From NCBI GenBank assembly GCA_963674865.2, contig CAXXYE010000008.1, positions 96,001 through 160,000 of the forward strand: a stretch of DNA of 64,000 bases. Direction: 5' to 3'. The notes under the pieces are model-generated. The model ran no database searches, was not told the DNA's origin, and saw only the letters and a list, made by a program, of their open reading frames with translations. Shown here one piece after another: positions 31,944-41,892 of the stretch (position 1 is the stretch's first letter; every line of letters begins with the position of its first letter). The position numbers were made by a program, and so were the translations under genes. This stretch comes from Candidatus Hydrogenedentota bacterium (GTDB lineage Bacteria > Hydrogenedentota > Hydrogenedentia > Hydrogenedentales > SLHB01).

Positions 31944-33254
31944 GTGAGCGACCTTGAAGAGCTGGTTTGCCGTGCGCGGCAACGAGATGTAGACGCCTTT
32001 GAGGCGCTGGTGCGGCGCTTTCAAGACATGGCGGTGGGTTGCGCCTACGCGATCCTCGGCGATTTCGGGCACGCGGAGGATGCGGCCCAAGAGGCGTTCA
32101 TCCGGGCATTCATGTGTATCGAGCAACTCCGCGATGCAAATGCCTTCCCGGGATGGCTTCGGACTATCGTGGTGCGCCAGTGTGGACGCCATACGCGCCG
32201 GAAGCGCATTCCGACGGTGTCTCTTGACGCCGGTGTGGATAGGGCCGCACTGCTTCCTTTCGACACGCCCGAGCATCGCGAAATGCGGGAGCTTGTTCGG
32301 GCCGCTCTCGCGGGACTGTCCGCAAGAGAGCGCGAAGCGACAACGCTCTTCTACATCAATGGCTACTCGATGGCCGAAGTCGGCGCATTTCTTGACGTCC
32401 CCGTTACCACCGTCAAGAGCAGGCTCCATTCGGCGCGTGGCAAGCTTCGGGAAAGGATGGTGAACATGGTTGAAAACACGCTCAAGGCCGACGCGTCCGG
32501 CTCCGGCGAGATGCCCGACCGTATTGCGTTCCTCTTCGAGCTGGCCAAGCCCTTGGCTGGGGGCGTGCCTCTATTGAAGGCCCTGAAGCAGTCCGAGGGG
32601 GCCGTGAAATCAACCGAGTTGAGAGAGGTTGTCCATGACTTGCAGATGGATATCCAGGCAGGCCAAACGTTTTCCGGCGCGCTTGCACGGTATCCCGACT
32701 TGTTTCCCGCGAAGGCGATATCGCTGATTCGTGATGGCGAATACTGTGGCAGAGTCGCGGTTTTCACGCGGTTGGCGGGGGAATGGCTCGAAACCGGCCG
32801 CTGTGAAGTCGATCCTTACGTATTCACACGCTGCGTTCACGCGTCGCACTGGTTCAGTGATGCCGTTGATGTCGGCGCGGAGGCTGTCCTGATCCGCGCC
32901 GAAGAGGAGGGCCAAGTGGGCCAGGGCGAGCCGCGTGTATGGCTTGAGTTTCTCATGCCCCGCGGCGCGACGGAGAAGATCGCGCCCGCCTTCTCGCGCG
33001 AAGAGGCCAGGCGATTGTCCGTCGAACCCGAGCCTTTCCGCTCGCTGGCCCAAGCCGTCAGCGTTGTTCAGGAACTGAAGTTGAAGACGGTTCTCGACGC
33101 TGTGCAGGACGGCGACGACATGACGGGAATGCTAAGAATCCGGCTCAGGCCGGATGATTCGAATGAGGTCCTGCTGCCGATTGTGTTTTCCCCGAACTCC
33201 GACATGGATGAGGTCCGCATCGACCTCACATCGCTTCTGGGAGCGGGCGCGTGA
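31944..33254 (+). CDS. ECF sigma factor with C-terminal GspF/PilC-like and GspE/PilB N2D-like domains
   Basis: Region 2 AEDAAQEAFI...FPGWLRTI; region 4 TVKSRLHSARGKLR; then GVPLLKAL...IQAGQTFSGALARYPDLFP...IRDGEYCG (T2SSF-like). Confidence 0.85.
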   Translation: MSDLEELVCRARQRDVDAFEALVRRFQDMAVGCAYAILGDFGHAEDAAQEAFIRAFMCIEQLRDANAFPGWLRTIVVRQCGRHTRRKRIPTVSLDAGVDRAALLPFDTPEHREMRELVRAALAGLSAREREATTLFYINGYSMAEVGAFLDVPVTTVKSRLHSARGKLRERMVNMVENTLKADASGSGEMPDRIAFLFELAKPLAGGVPLLKALKQSEGAVKSTELREVVHDLQMDIQAGQTFSGALARYPDLFPAKAISLIRDGEYCGRVAVFTRLAGEWLETGRCEVDPYVFTRCVHASHWFSDAVDVGAEAVLIRAEEEGQVGQGEPRVWLEFLMPRGATEKIAPAFSREEARRLSVEPEPFRSLAQAVSVVQELKLKTVLDAVQDGDDMTGMLRIRLRPDDSNEVLLPIVFSPNSDMDEVRIDLTSLLGAGA

Positions 33255-33263
33255 GTGGAGAGT

Positions 33264-34235
33264 TTACCCCTGCGGCGGCTCGATGGGCTCGTCCCGGCTG
33301 AGGACCTCTCCTACCACGAAATGCGGCCGCCCCTGCACCTCTCGGTAAACCCGGCCCAGGTATTCCCCCAGGATGCCCACCGAGATCAACTGCACCCCAG
33401 CGAAGAGAATCACCACCAACAGGACGAGCCACGTGGCGCCGTTGCCCCAAGGCCGAGATAGCGCTGTCGCGAGGCCGAGCCAGGCCAGCGCGCCGCCGCT
33501 CAGGAAGAAGAGCAGCCAGCCGATATAGAACGCGAAGCGAAGGGGGATCACCGTGAAATTCGTGATGAAATTCAGCGTCAGCGCAACAAGTTGCGTGACG
33601 TTGTACTTCGACTGCCCCGTGAGCCGCTCCGCGTGCGATACCGGCACCGACGCCCAGCGTCCGTAGCTCAACCAGGCGAACAAGCCGCTGAAGTACTTGG
33701 AGCGCTCATTGTATAGGTTGATGGTTTGGACAAGCCGCCGATCCATCGCAATGAATCCGCTCGCGCTGTCCGGCACATCGATGCCTGTGACGCGATACAG
33801 AAGATGTGACATGAGCCATGATCCGACCCGGCGAACCAGCGAGCCGACACGCCCCGTCCGGATTCCGTAGACGATGTCATAGCCCTCTTTGAGCTTGTCC
33901 ACGAGGCGCGGAATCTCCTCGGGCGCCACCTGGAGATCCGCATCCAGCAAGACGATCACATCCCCCCGGGCGTACTGGAATCCCGCGGCCAAAGCCATCT
34001 GCTGCCCGAAATTGCGGATGAATCTTACGACGCGTACCGCCTCTTCCCGCTCGAACAGCCCCTTCAAAATCTCGAATGAACCATCGCGGCTTCCGTCCTC
34101 GATGAACAAGACCTCATAGCTCTGGTGGTATTGCAGCAGCGTTTCCTTGAGGCGTTCATATAAGCGCTCGAGGTTGCCCGCTTCGTTATAGACGGGCACG
34201 ATGATCGTCAACGCGGGATGGTGTGGCTCGCTCAC
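33264..34235 (-). CDS. GT2 polyprenyl-phosphate glycosyltransferase (ArnC/GtrB-like)
   Basis: IIVPVYNE, EDGSRD, RNFGQ, LDADLQ, two C-terminal TM helices, GEYLGR. Confidence 0.9.
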   Translation of the reverse strand: MSEPHHPALTIIVPVYNEAGNLERLYERLKETLLQYHQSYEVLFIEDGSRDGSFEILKGLFEREEAVRVVRFIRNFGQQMALAAGFQYARGDVIVLLDADLQVAPEEIPRLVDKLKEGYDIVYGIRTGRVGSLVRRVGSWLMSHLLYRVTGIDVPDSASGFIAMDRRLVQTINLYNERSKYFSGLFAWLSYGRWASVPVSHAERLTGQSKYNVTQLVALTLNFITNFTVIPLRFAFYIGWLLFFLSGGALAWLGLATALSRPWGNGATWLVLLVVILFAGVQLISVGILGEYLGRVYREVQGRPHFVVGEVLSRDEPIEPPQG

Positions 34236-34269
34236 TGGACGCGGCTCCTTTTCCGCTCAATACTCTCTA

Positions 34270-34947
34270 TCATATCAGTTCCCCGCCTTCCGGGCCCTCA
34301 TTCAGTAGAAGGTCGATGGCCGACAGGTGGGACATGAATGGCTCGAATTGCTGGCGATAGGGCCGGCACACGTAGTCTTGGAATTCCACTTCAAGGCCCG
34401 CCGCCTCGAACTGCGCGGCTTCGATGAAGGTCTTGCCGGTGCTGCCCTCCCGGAACGTGTGTCCTCCGACGGCCTTCAGCAAATCCACCAGACTCTTCGT
34501 CTTATCCGGGCCGAACGTCACGGGGATGTCGCTCAACATCTTGCAGGGAGTCGCAATCCCAAACTCCTTCGCCAAGAACTCGACAAAATGCATGTCCAGA
34601 TCGAGGAGAATATTCCATTCACGTTTGAAGGCGTCCTCGATAAAGGGCGCGTAGTCCTTCCAATACGGCGCCTTTGCATAGTTCTGGCGGAGCAAGTTCC
34701 AATGGCGGCGACCCCATGCCTGGCCGTTGTCAATCTCCACCTCGTTGATGCGGGCCGTAGACGCCACGCGTTTCACCGGGACGGTGAGATAGGCGAAGTC
34801 CTTCGCCGTGCGGATGCGGTTCCGGTTGCGCCAGTCCTGCTTGGTGTACTGGAGGTTATCTTCGACAATGAAGAGATCGCACCGCTTCATGAGGTCGAAG
34901 AAACCCACCCAAGGCAGGTACCCCGGTTGCAGCGCCGCGACGATCAT
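34270..34947 (-). CDS. WbqC family protein
   Basis: QPGYLPWVGFF, QYTKQDWRNRNRI, LSAIDLL; ATGA-coupled to the upstream gene. Confidence 0.9.
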   Translation of the reverse strand: MIVAALQPGYLPWVGFFDLMKRCDLFIVEDNLQYTKQDWRNRNRIRTAKDFAYLTVPVKRVASTARINEVEIDNGQAWGRRHWNLLRQNYAKAPYWKDYAPFIEDAFKREWNILLDLDMHFVEFLAKEFGIATPCKMLSDIPVTFGPDKTKSLVDLLKAVGGHTFREGSTGKTFIEAAQFEAAGLEVEFQDYVCRPYRQQFEPFMSHLSAIDLLLNEGPEGGELI

Positions 34948-36500
34948 ACCTCTCCGCCTTCCTTGTCGATATGCAACCGGCACCATTCCCGCACGCACAG
35001 CAGCGTCCAGATCTGCCACCCGTTATTGCGCGTTCCCGTGAAGTGCTCCTCCACAACCGCCGCTACCCCCGCCGGATCGAAGAGCTCCCAGAAGAATCCA
35101 GTGTCTTCCCGAAGCTGTGCCCGGATGTGCGGCTCGAGGCCCTCCCGCAGCATCTCTCCCATGGGTGTGCGAAAGCCCACCTTCGCCCGATCGATGATCG
35201 CGTCGGGCACGAGCCCCCGCACCGCCCGCTTGAGGAGCGCCTTGGGCTGATCGTCGGCGCATTTCACCTCGACGGGGATGCGGAGCGCCAGATCAATGAC
35301 TCGCCGATCCAAGAACGGCGCCACCGGTTCCGTGCCGAAGTGCGTGCTCAGCTTGTAATCGAGCGTCAGCCAATTCGCCATCAGTGTCCGGAAATCGAAG
35401 GCCAGTGCCCTTTCCAAGAGAGTATCCCCAGGACACGCGGCGAAGATGGCGTCATAGGCCGTCTCCGGCTCATAGCCCACCGCCTTGATAAATGAGGCCC
35501 GAAGCAGCCGCGCCCGCTGCGCCGGGTCGAACAGCGTCCGCCGCGCGCGATGGCCGGTTAGGCTGGCCTGTTTGTGCGAGTCGTATCCGGTGAACAGCTC
35601 GTCCGCGCCCCGGCCTGAAACCATGATCCGGTGTCCTGCCTGATGGGCCGCCGCTTCGAGCAGATAACGCGGGAACACGGGCGGATGACATTTCGGCTCC
35701 TCCGCGGCGCGCATCAGCCCGGTTAGGGCCTCGGGGAAGTCCTCGGCTTGGGGAATGACTCGTGTAAACGCGGCGCCGATCTGATCGGCCACCAGTTGGC
35801 CGTAGGGTGATTCATCGAACCGCGCATAGTCCGGGAAGGCCGCCACGTAGGCCTGCGGCGGCATCCCCGCCAACTCCGCTAGCAAGACCGCCATCAGACT
35901 CGAGTCGATCCCGCCGCTCAAGTGGCAGCCTACGCCGGGCTGTGCGAAGGGGAGAACGACCTGCTTCAGCGTGTCGATGATCTCCTCGCACCACGTTTCC
36001 TCGGAGCGGTTCTCGGGATGGTGCTCGAACGTAAAATAGGACTTGACCCGGCCATTATCCAATACGGCCCCGGCCGGCAATAACTGGACGCCCTCGAAGA
36101 ATGTCTTGCCGTCGAGCGACCACACGAAGGTGAGGTAATCGAGGAGCGCCGCCGCGTTGAGTCTTGTGTCTTTCAGGCGTGGCAGCAGGTCGCCGATCCG
36201 CACCGCAAATAACAGTTGGCCTTCTGTTGATTCCGCGTAGTAGAGCGGCACCGTGCCGGCGGCATCCCGTGCCAGAAGTGTCCGCGGCGCCTTGGAATCG
36301 TGCAACGCCAAGGCGAAGCCGCCTTCGATGTGTTCGGCGAAGGCGGCCCCATGGCGAGCGTAGAGCCCCGTGAGATACGGGCCCGGTTCCATGCCTTGCG
36401 GTGTGCGGAGCCTGCCCGCCCATTGCACGGTGACTCCCGTGTCCTTATCCGTGTAACGAGGCCCGCTGCCCTCGAGTGTCTCGGCCGCCTCACCGTGCAT
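34944..36500 (-). CDS. Asparagine synthetase B-like amide ligase lacking the N-terminal nucleophile Cys
   Basis: LARD..G..PLYY, LSGGIDSS, SGRGADELFTGY, PFLD, R.KVGF; N-terminus MHG instead of MCG. Confidence 0.85.
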   Translation of the reverse strand: MHGEAAETLEGSGPRYTDKDTGVTVQWAGRLRTPQGMEPGPYLTGLYARHGAAFAEHIEGGFALALHDSKAPRTLLARDAAGTVPLYYAESTEGQLLFAVRIGDLLPRLKDTRLNAAALLDYLTFVWSLDGKTFFEGVQLLPAGAVLDNGRVKSYFTFEHHPENRSEETWCEEIIDTLKQVVLPFAQPGVGCHLSGGIDSSLMAVLLAELAGMPPQAYVAAFPDYARFDESPYGQLVADQIGAAFTRVIPQAEDFPEALTGLMRAAEEPKCHPPVFPRYLLEAAAHQAGHRIMVSGRGADELFTGYDSHKQASLTGHRARRTLFDPAQRARLLRASFIKAVGYEPETAYDAIFAACPGDTLLERALAFDFRTLMANWLTLDYKLSTHFGTEPVAPFLDRRVIDLALRIPVEVKCADDQPKALLKRAVRGLVPDAIIDRAKVGFRTPMGEMLREGLEPHIRAQLREDTGFFWELFDPAGVAAVVEEHFTGTRNNGWQIWTLLCVREWCRLHIDKEGGEV

Positions 36501-37665
36501 CGCTGCCCTCGCGGTGATCGGAGGATGATACCTCCGCGCCGGTTGTCACGCGCTTGTGCTCCAGGTGGCAACACCCCTGGCATATCTCAAACGGCCTTTG
36601 CTGGAGGTGCTGCCGGAACTGACGCATCCGCGGCCCGTTCCAGATAGCCTTCAATGAGTTCTCACGGACGTTGCCGATGCGGTAGATAAAGCAGGGGAAA
36701 ACGTCCCCCTTCGCGCCGATGTAGACGTTTGTCCAGGGACTCCGGCATTGAAACTGGTTGAGGTCGATTCCGCCGCTATAGTAGCGGACAATATCCTCGC
36801 GGGGCATGCGCGGTAGGCGAAGCTCGATGCCTGCTTTCTTCGCGGCCTCTTCAGTTGCCGACAGCGCCTGTTGCAGCGCTGTGGCATCGATGCGGGGCAG
36901 CGTGATCTGATCGATGCCGTAGATGCACGGCAGGGCGTCGCCCATGCCTTGGATGTCGTGAAATCGAATTTCCACTTCCAGGTTGAGCACGTCCGCGCCC
37001 GCCTCCGCCGCGATACGCGCCATCTCGGGCAGCACCCCGATGTTCTCTTCCTGGATTACTACCGTGAGGTGGATATGGGGGCACCGCTTCTTCGCCGCGG
37101 CTCGATGACGCGCCAGCGCCCGAACGGCCGCGGTGGTGCGCTCATAGGCCCCCGGCTTGCGGACAATGCGATCATGGATCTCCGCCGTGCCTTCGAGCGA
37201 GACGCCGACGAAGTTGAGGCCCTTGCCCCCCAGTCGGTGCGGTGCCAGCGCGACGCAGGCCGCCGCCCGCTCGTCCGTCACGCGATTGCCGTTGGTGATG
37301 ACATGCGTCCGGCGATGCTGGCCGGCGTGTTCGAGCAGGGCCATGAGGTCCTCGCGTACGAACGGCTCGCCGCCCGTGAACGTGAGCAGGCTGAACCGGC
37401 CCATCTGATCGATGACGCGCTTCCATTCATCCGTCGTCAATTCTCCCTCGGCCTGCGCGGCGGCGGGAGTCTTCTCGTACCACAGGCTGTATTGGCACAT
37501 GGCGCACCGCAGATTGCACCGGCGCGTTACCTCGAGGAAATAGTGCCACGCGGGGAAGGCGTAGCCCCCGCGGAAGAAGCGGAAGGGAACCGCGCTGTGC
37601 GCCCTCATGATCAGGTGATACAGATCCGAGAGGCGATGCCGGCTGCCTTGCTCTTGTCCACTCAT
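36490..37665 (-). CDS. Radical SAM protein with SPASM/twitch domain
   Basis: CNLRCAMC, FTGGEPF, CRSPW...GDVFPC...IGNV...CQGCC. Confidence 0.9.
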   Translation of the reverse strand: MSGQEQGSRHRLSDLYHLIMRAHSAVPFRFFRGGYAFPAWHYFLEVTRRCNLRCAMCQYSLWYEKTPAAAQAEGELTTDEWKRVIDQMGRFSLLTFTGGEPFVREDLMALLEHAGQHRRTHVITNGNRVTDERAAACVALAPHRLGGKGLNFVGVSLEGTAEIHDRIVRKPGAYERTTAAVRALARHRAAAKKRCPHIHLTVVIQEENIGVLPEMARIAAEAGADVLNLEVEIRFHDIQGMGDALPCIYGIDQITLPRIDATALQQALSATEEAAKKAGIELRLPRMPREDIVRYYSGGIDLNQFQCRSPWTNVYIGAKGDVFPCFIYRIGNVRENSLKAIWNGPRMRQFRQHLQQRPFEICQGCCHLEHKRVTTGAEVSSSDHREGSDAR

Positions 37666-38679
37666 TGATTACCCTTGCTTGTGGGCAGGTCGCCCCGCCC
37701 CGGGCCCGTGAAGCACACGCCAGGATGCGGGGGATTATAGAACAAACGGCGTCGCCTATGCAGTTCTGCGTGTTCTTGCGTACGGTTTTCCGCGCGATCC
37801 GCGAGCACGGCGTGCGTGAGGTTTGGAAACGCCGCGGAAAAGAGAGGCGGACCCCTTTTTCAAGGGGCCCGAGTTTGGGGAGAGGGCCGAGCCACACATC
37901 CGGGGGCCTGGGGACCCCTGCGCTGGCGGAGAGAGGAGGATCCAGCCCGGGCAAGATTGCCCCAAGCCGAAAGGCGGCTCGGCCCGTTGGCGGAAGTGGA
38001 GCCCCGGTGGTCAGGCCGGGGATTGGGCCGTTAATTCGCTGGAACCAGCACCCACCGGGTCTTGTACAAGACCGTGCCGAAGAAGATGCCCTGCGGCTCA
38101 CGCCAACGTGAGCGGATCTCTCGTCCGCAGAATACCTGGAGATACCAGGCTACCAAAGGCGACTTCGTCCGGATAGTCCCGCTGGGGCTGATGCTAAACA
38201 TGGTGACGTTCCTCCTCCCAAACGTCGTTGGGTATCTGTTCTTGTTTTCCTCTCAACTGTCGCCACTCTTTCGAGCAACGCGCGTGCCAACTCGTTCCTT
38301 GTCTTATGTAAGCCCTTGTTAATGAGCACCTTAGATGTTTGGTGCGGCAGGAAGGCCGCGAATTGGACTCCAAACGCGCCCCGATCACCGTCCAATTCTG
38401 TGCAGCCATGGTGCGGTAAGAAGACGGTGTTCAAATTTGTATCCTGATGTCGAGGATTGTATACGGCGGAGTTCCCGGTTAGGCGCGTAACGTGGGATTG
38501 CACGGGCAATGGGGCGTGATCAGAGAGGGATGACGCTATAGCATTGGGAGCATCGGAGGCTGCGACTCTTGTTCTAAGTTATTCGCAGGTAGTTACTTGT
38601 GGCATATTGCGGTTGTGCGGCGGTATCCGACGTCACCGCGCACAAAATTGTTCCCGCCGGCTTCGGCCCTTTTCCTTCA

Positions 38680-38971
38680 TGATGGAGAGGCACTTGAACC
38701 TTCGCAGGAAGTGGTTCCCCCTGGTGGCCTCCATGTGCCAAGGGCGCGGCGTCTCCTATCGTGGAAAATGCCCAACGTCGTTCCGCTCCCCCGTATGGGG
38801 GTCGACTCTCGGGTCGTTCTTGCGATTGTACCGTTCGTGCGGATTCCAGATGACCTGGCCGGGCGTCGCGCCCGCATAGTGCTGCGCTCCCTGCTCCCGG
38901 CCCCGGCAATGCTGCGACGCGTCTTCCCACAGCCTCGTTGTCTGGAGTGTTGCCTCAGGCTTCTTGTGCAT
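38680..38971 (-). pseudogene. Frameshifted, truncated DNA methyltransferase-like remnant
   Basis: LQTTRLWEDASQH...GATPGQVIWN..ERY..KND.RVDP, then an extra C in a C4 run, continuing IRGSGTTL...RRALG (degenerate DPxxGSGTT SAM-binding motif). Confidence 0.6.
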
Positions 38972-39055
38972 GGCGGGAAGAACATCGCGCGCCTGAAGGC
39001 CGCCTCACCTTCCTCAGCCTGACTCGCCGATCGCGCTGCGCCCGGCGACACTTGT

Positions 39056-39085
39056 TTGAAGGCGCGTCCCATCGTTTGCTATACT
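39056..39085 (+). promoter_or_regulatory. Sigma70-like promoter upstream of ndk
   Basis: TTGAAG-N18-TATACT with extended -10 TG. Confidence 0.5.
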
Positions 39086-39212
39086 TTCAAAGATCTTGTG
39101 GGTGAAGTGTGCCCGCCGGCGGTCTCAGCGTGACATTCCCATACCGCTTTGGCGGGGCGGCGTGTCCCGTTTATTGACTATCTTCCGTGGAATGACAGAT
39201 CGGTGTTTCAGC

Positions 39213-39668
39213 GTGGTTGAGCGTACATTTGTTATGATCAAGCCCGACGCCGTCGGGCGGCGTCTATGCAGCACCGTCATTGGGCGTTACGAGGCGAAGG
39301 GACTCCAGCTCATCGCGATGAAGATGCAGGTTCTGTCAACCGAATTGGCCGAGAAGCATTACGCGGAACACGTTGGGAAGCCGTTTTTTGAGTCCCTGAT
39401 GGCTTTCATTACCTCAGGCCCCACAATTCAGATGGTATGGGCGGGCGAGAACGCCGTCGAAGTGGCGCGTAAGCTCAATGGCGCCACCAGTTGCCAGGAC
39501 GCGGATGTAGGTACTATCCGCGGTGACTTCGGCCTCGACACGAGGCATAACCTGGTGCACGCGTCCGACTCCGTCGAGACGGCCCAACGCGAAATCGCCT
39601 TGTATTTCCGACCTGATGAGCTATGTGAGTACGCCATGCCCGATGGGCATTGGTTCGGCGAAACCTGA
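39213..39668 (+). CDS. ndk: Nucleoside diphosphate kinase
   Basis: ERTFVMIKPDAV, GTIRGDF, NLVHASDS; alternative start ATG 39192. Confidence 0.97.
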   Translation: MVERTFVMIKPDAVGRRLCSTVIGRYEAKGLQLIAMKMQVLSTELAEKHYAEHVGKPFFESLMAFITSGPTIQMVWAGENAVEVARKLNGATSCQDADVGTIRGDFGLDTRHNLVHASDSVETAQREIALYFRPDELCEYAMPDGHWFGET

Positions 39669-39709
39669 CAATGCCGGGGCAATCAGCCAGTCACTAAAGG
39701 AGAAAATGG

Positions 39710-39799
39710 ATGGCCGGTGGAAGAAAAGTTCGGCGCGCGAAGATCGCGAAACACAAGCGTAAGAAGAAGCGCCGTGCCAATCGCCATAAGAACAAGTAA
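39710..39799 (+). CDS. 29-aa basic protein, bS22/mS38 (AURKAIP1/COX24, DUF1713)-like ribosomal protein (not in ORF track)
   Basis: AAAGGAG RBS 7 nt upstream; MAGGRKVRRAKIAKHKRKKKRRANRHKNK; followed by a terminator. Confidence 0.8.
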   Translation: MAGGRKVRRAKIAKHKRKKKRRANRHKNK

Positions 39800-39844
39800 C
39801 GGCCGCGCCCTGCGCGCCGTGTTCCCGCGTTAACTGTCCCGACC

Positions 39845-39870
39845 CCGGCCCCCTCGGGGGCCGGTTCTTT
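39845..39870 (+). terminator. Intrinsic terminator
   Basis: CCGGCCCC...GGGGCCGG hairpin followed by TTCTTT. Confidence 0.7.
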
Positions 39871-39926
39871 GTCGCCGCCTCACGGGCTACGGCCCGTCGC
39901 GGCCTCGAGAGAAGGAGGTCAGCCCG

Positions 39927-40361
39927 ATGGCAGACGAAGATGCAAAGAAGATCATCGTTGACGAGGACTGGAAGGCCCAGGTTCAGCGCGAGAGGGAAGA
40001 GGCCCGCAACAAGGCTGACGAGGAGCCCGCGGCGGACGAGGAGAAGACTCCCGGCCGAACGGAGGGCGCCTCATTCGTCAACCTCGTGACGGACTTGGCC
40101 ACGCAAACGCTCTTCGCGCTTGGATTCATCGCCCCTCAGGGCACCAAGGAAGTCATGGTCGACATCGCGCAGGCCAAGTACCTGATCGACACCTTGATGG
40201 TGTTGCGCGACAAGACGAAAGACAACTTGGCCCCCGAGGAGGAAGGCCACCTGCGTGAGGCCCTCGGCGAACTCCAGCGGGCCTATGTAGCTCGCGCCCA
40301 GCAGGTCCAGGAGGCCGAGCTGAAGAACGCTGGCGTCGATCCCAAAGCGCCCTTGAAATAG
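39927..40361 (+). CDS. DUF1844 domain protein
   Basis: IIVDEDWK, AKYLIDTL.VL.DKTK.NL..EE. Confidence 0.8.
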   Translation: MADEDAKKIIVDEDWKAQVQREREEARNKADEEPAADEEKTPGRTEGASFVNLVTDLATQTLFALGFIAPQGTKEVMVDIAQAKYLIDTLMVLRDKTKDNLAPEEEGHLREALGELQRAYVARAQQVQEAELKNAGVDPKAPLK

Positions 40362-40389
40362 CTTTGCGCGGGCGACGCCGTGCGCATAA

Positions 40390-41739
<1,350 letters not shown>

Positions 41740-41892
41740 GATCCCGCTTGGCCCGAATAGCTCGCACGCGGTTGTCCGCGCCGTAATCTTCTCCATTGCC
41801 CAACGGCAGGCCCCTGAGGTGATGCGCTCATTCCGCATGATATGGGCGCGCTCTCCTTAATCGGGCCGTGCGAGGAGCCGGTTAGGGGAGCT

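Noticed and set aside
34944..37665. Lasso peptide/RiPP cluster (AsnB-like cyclase plus SPASM radical SAM)
   Set aside because: No leader peptidase, RRE/PqqD or convincing precursor ORF seen; the WbqC and GT2 neighbours point to glycan modification
38035..38115. attC-like end GCGGCTCACGCCAACGTGAGC (and a similar GCCGCTCACTTCATTCCGCTG near 7552-7572)
   Set aside because: No proper RYYYAAC/GTTRRRY pair, no cassette ORF and no integrase in the window
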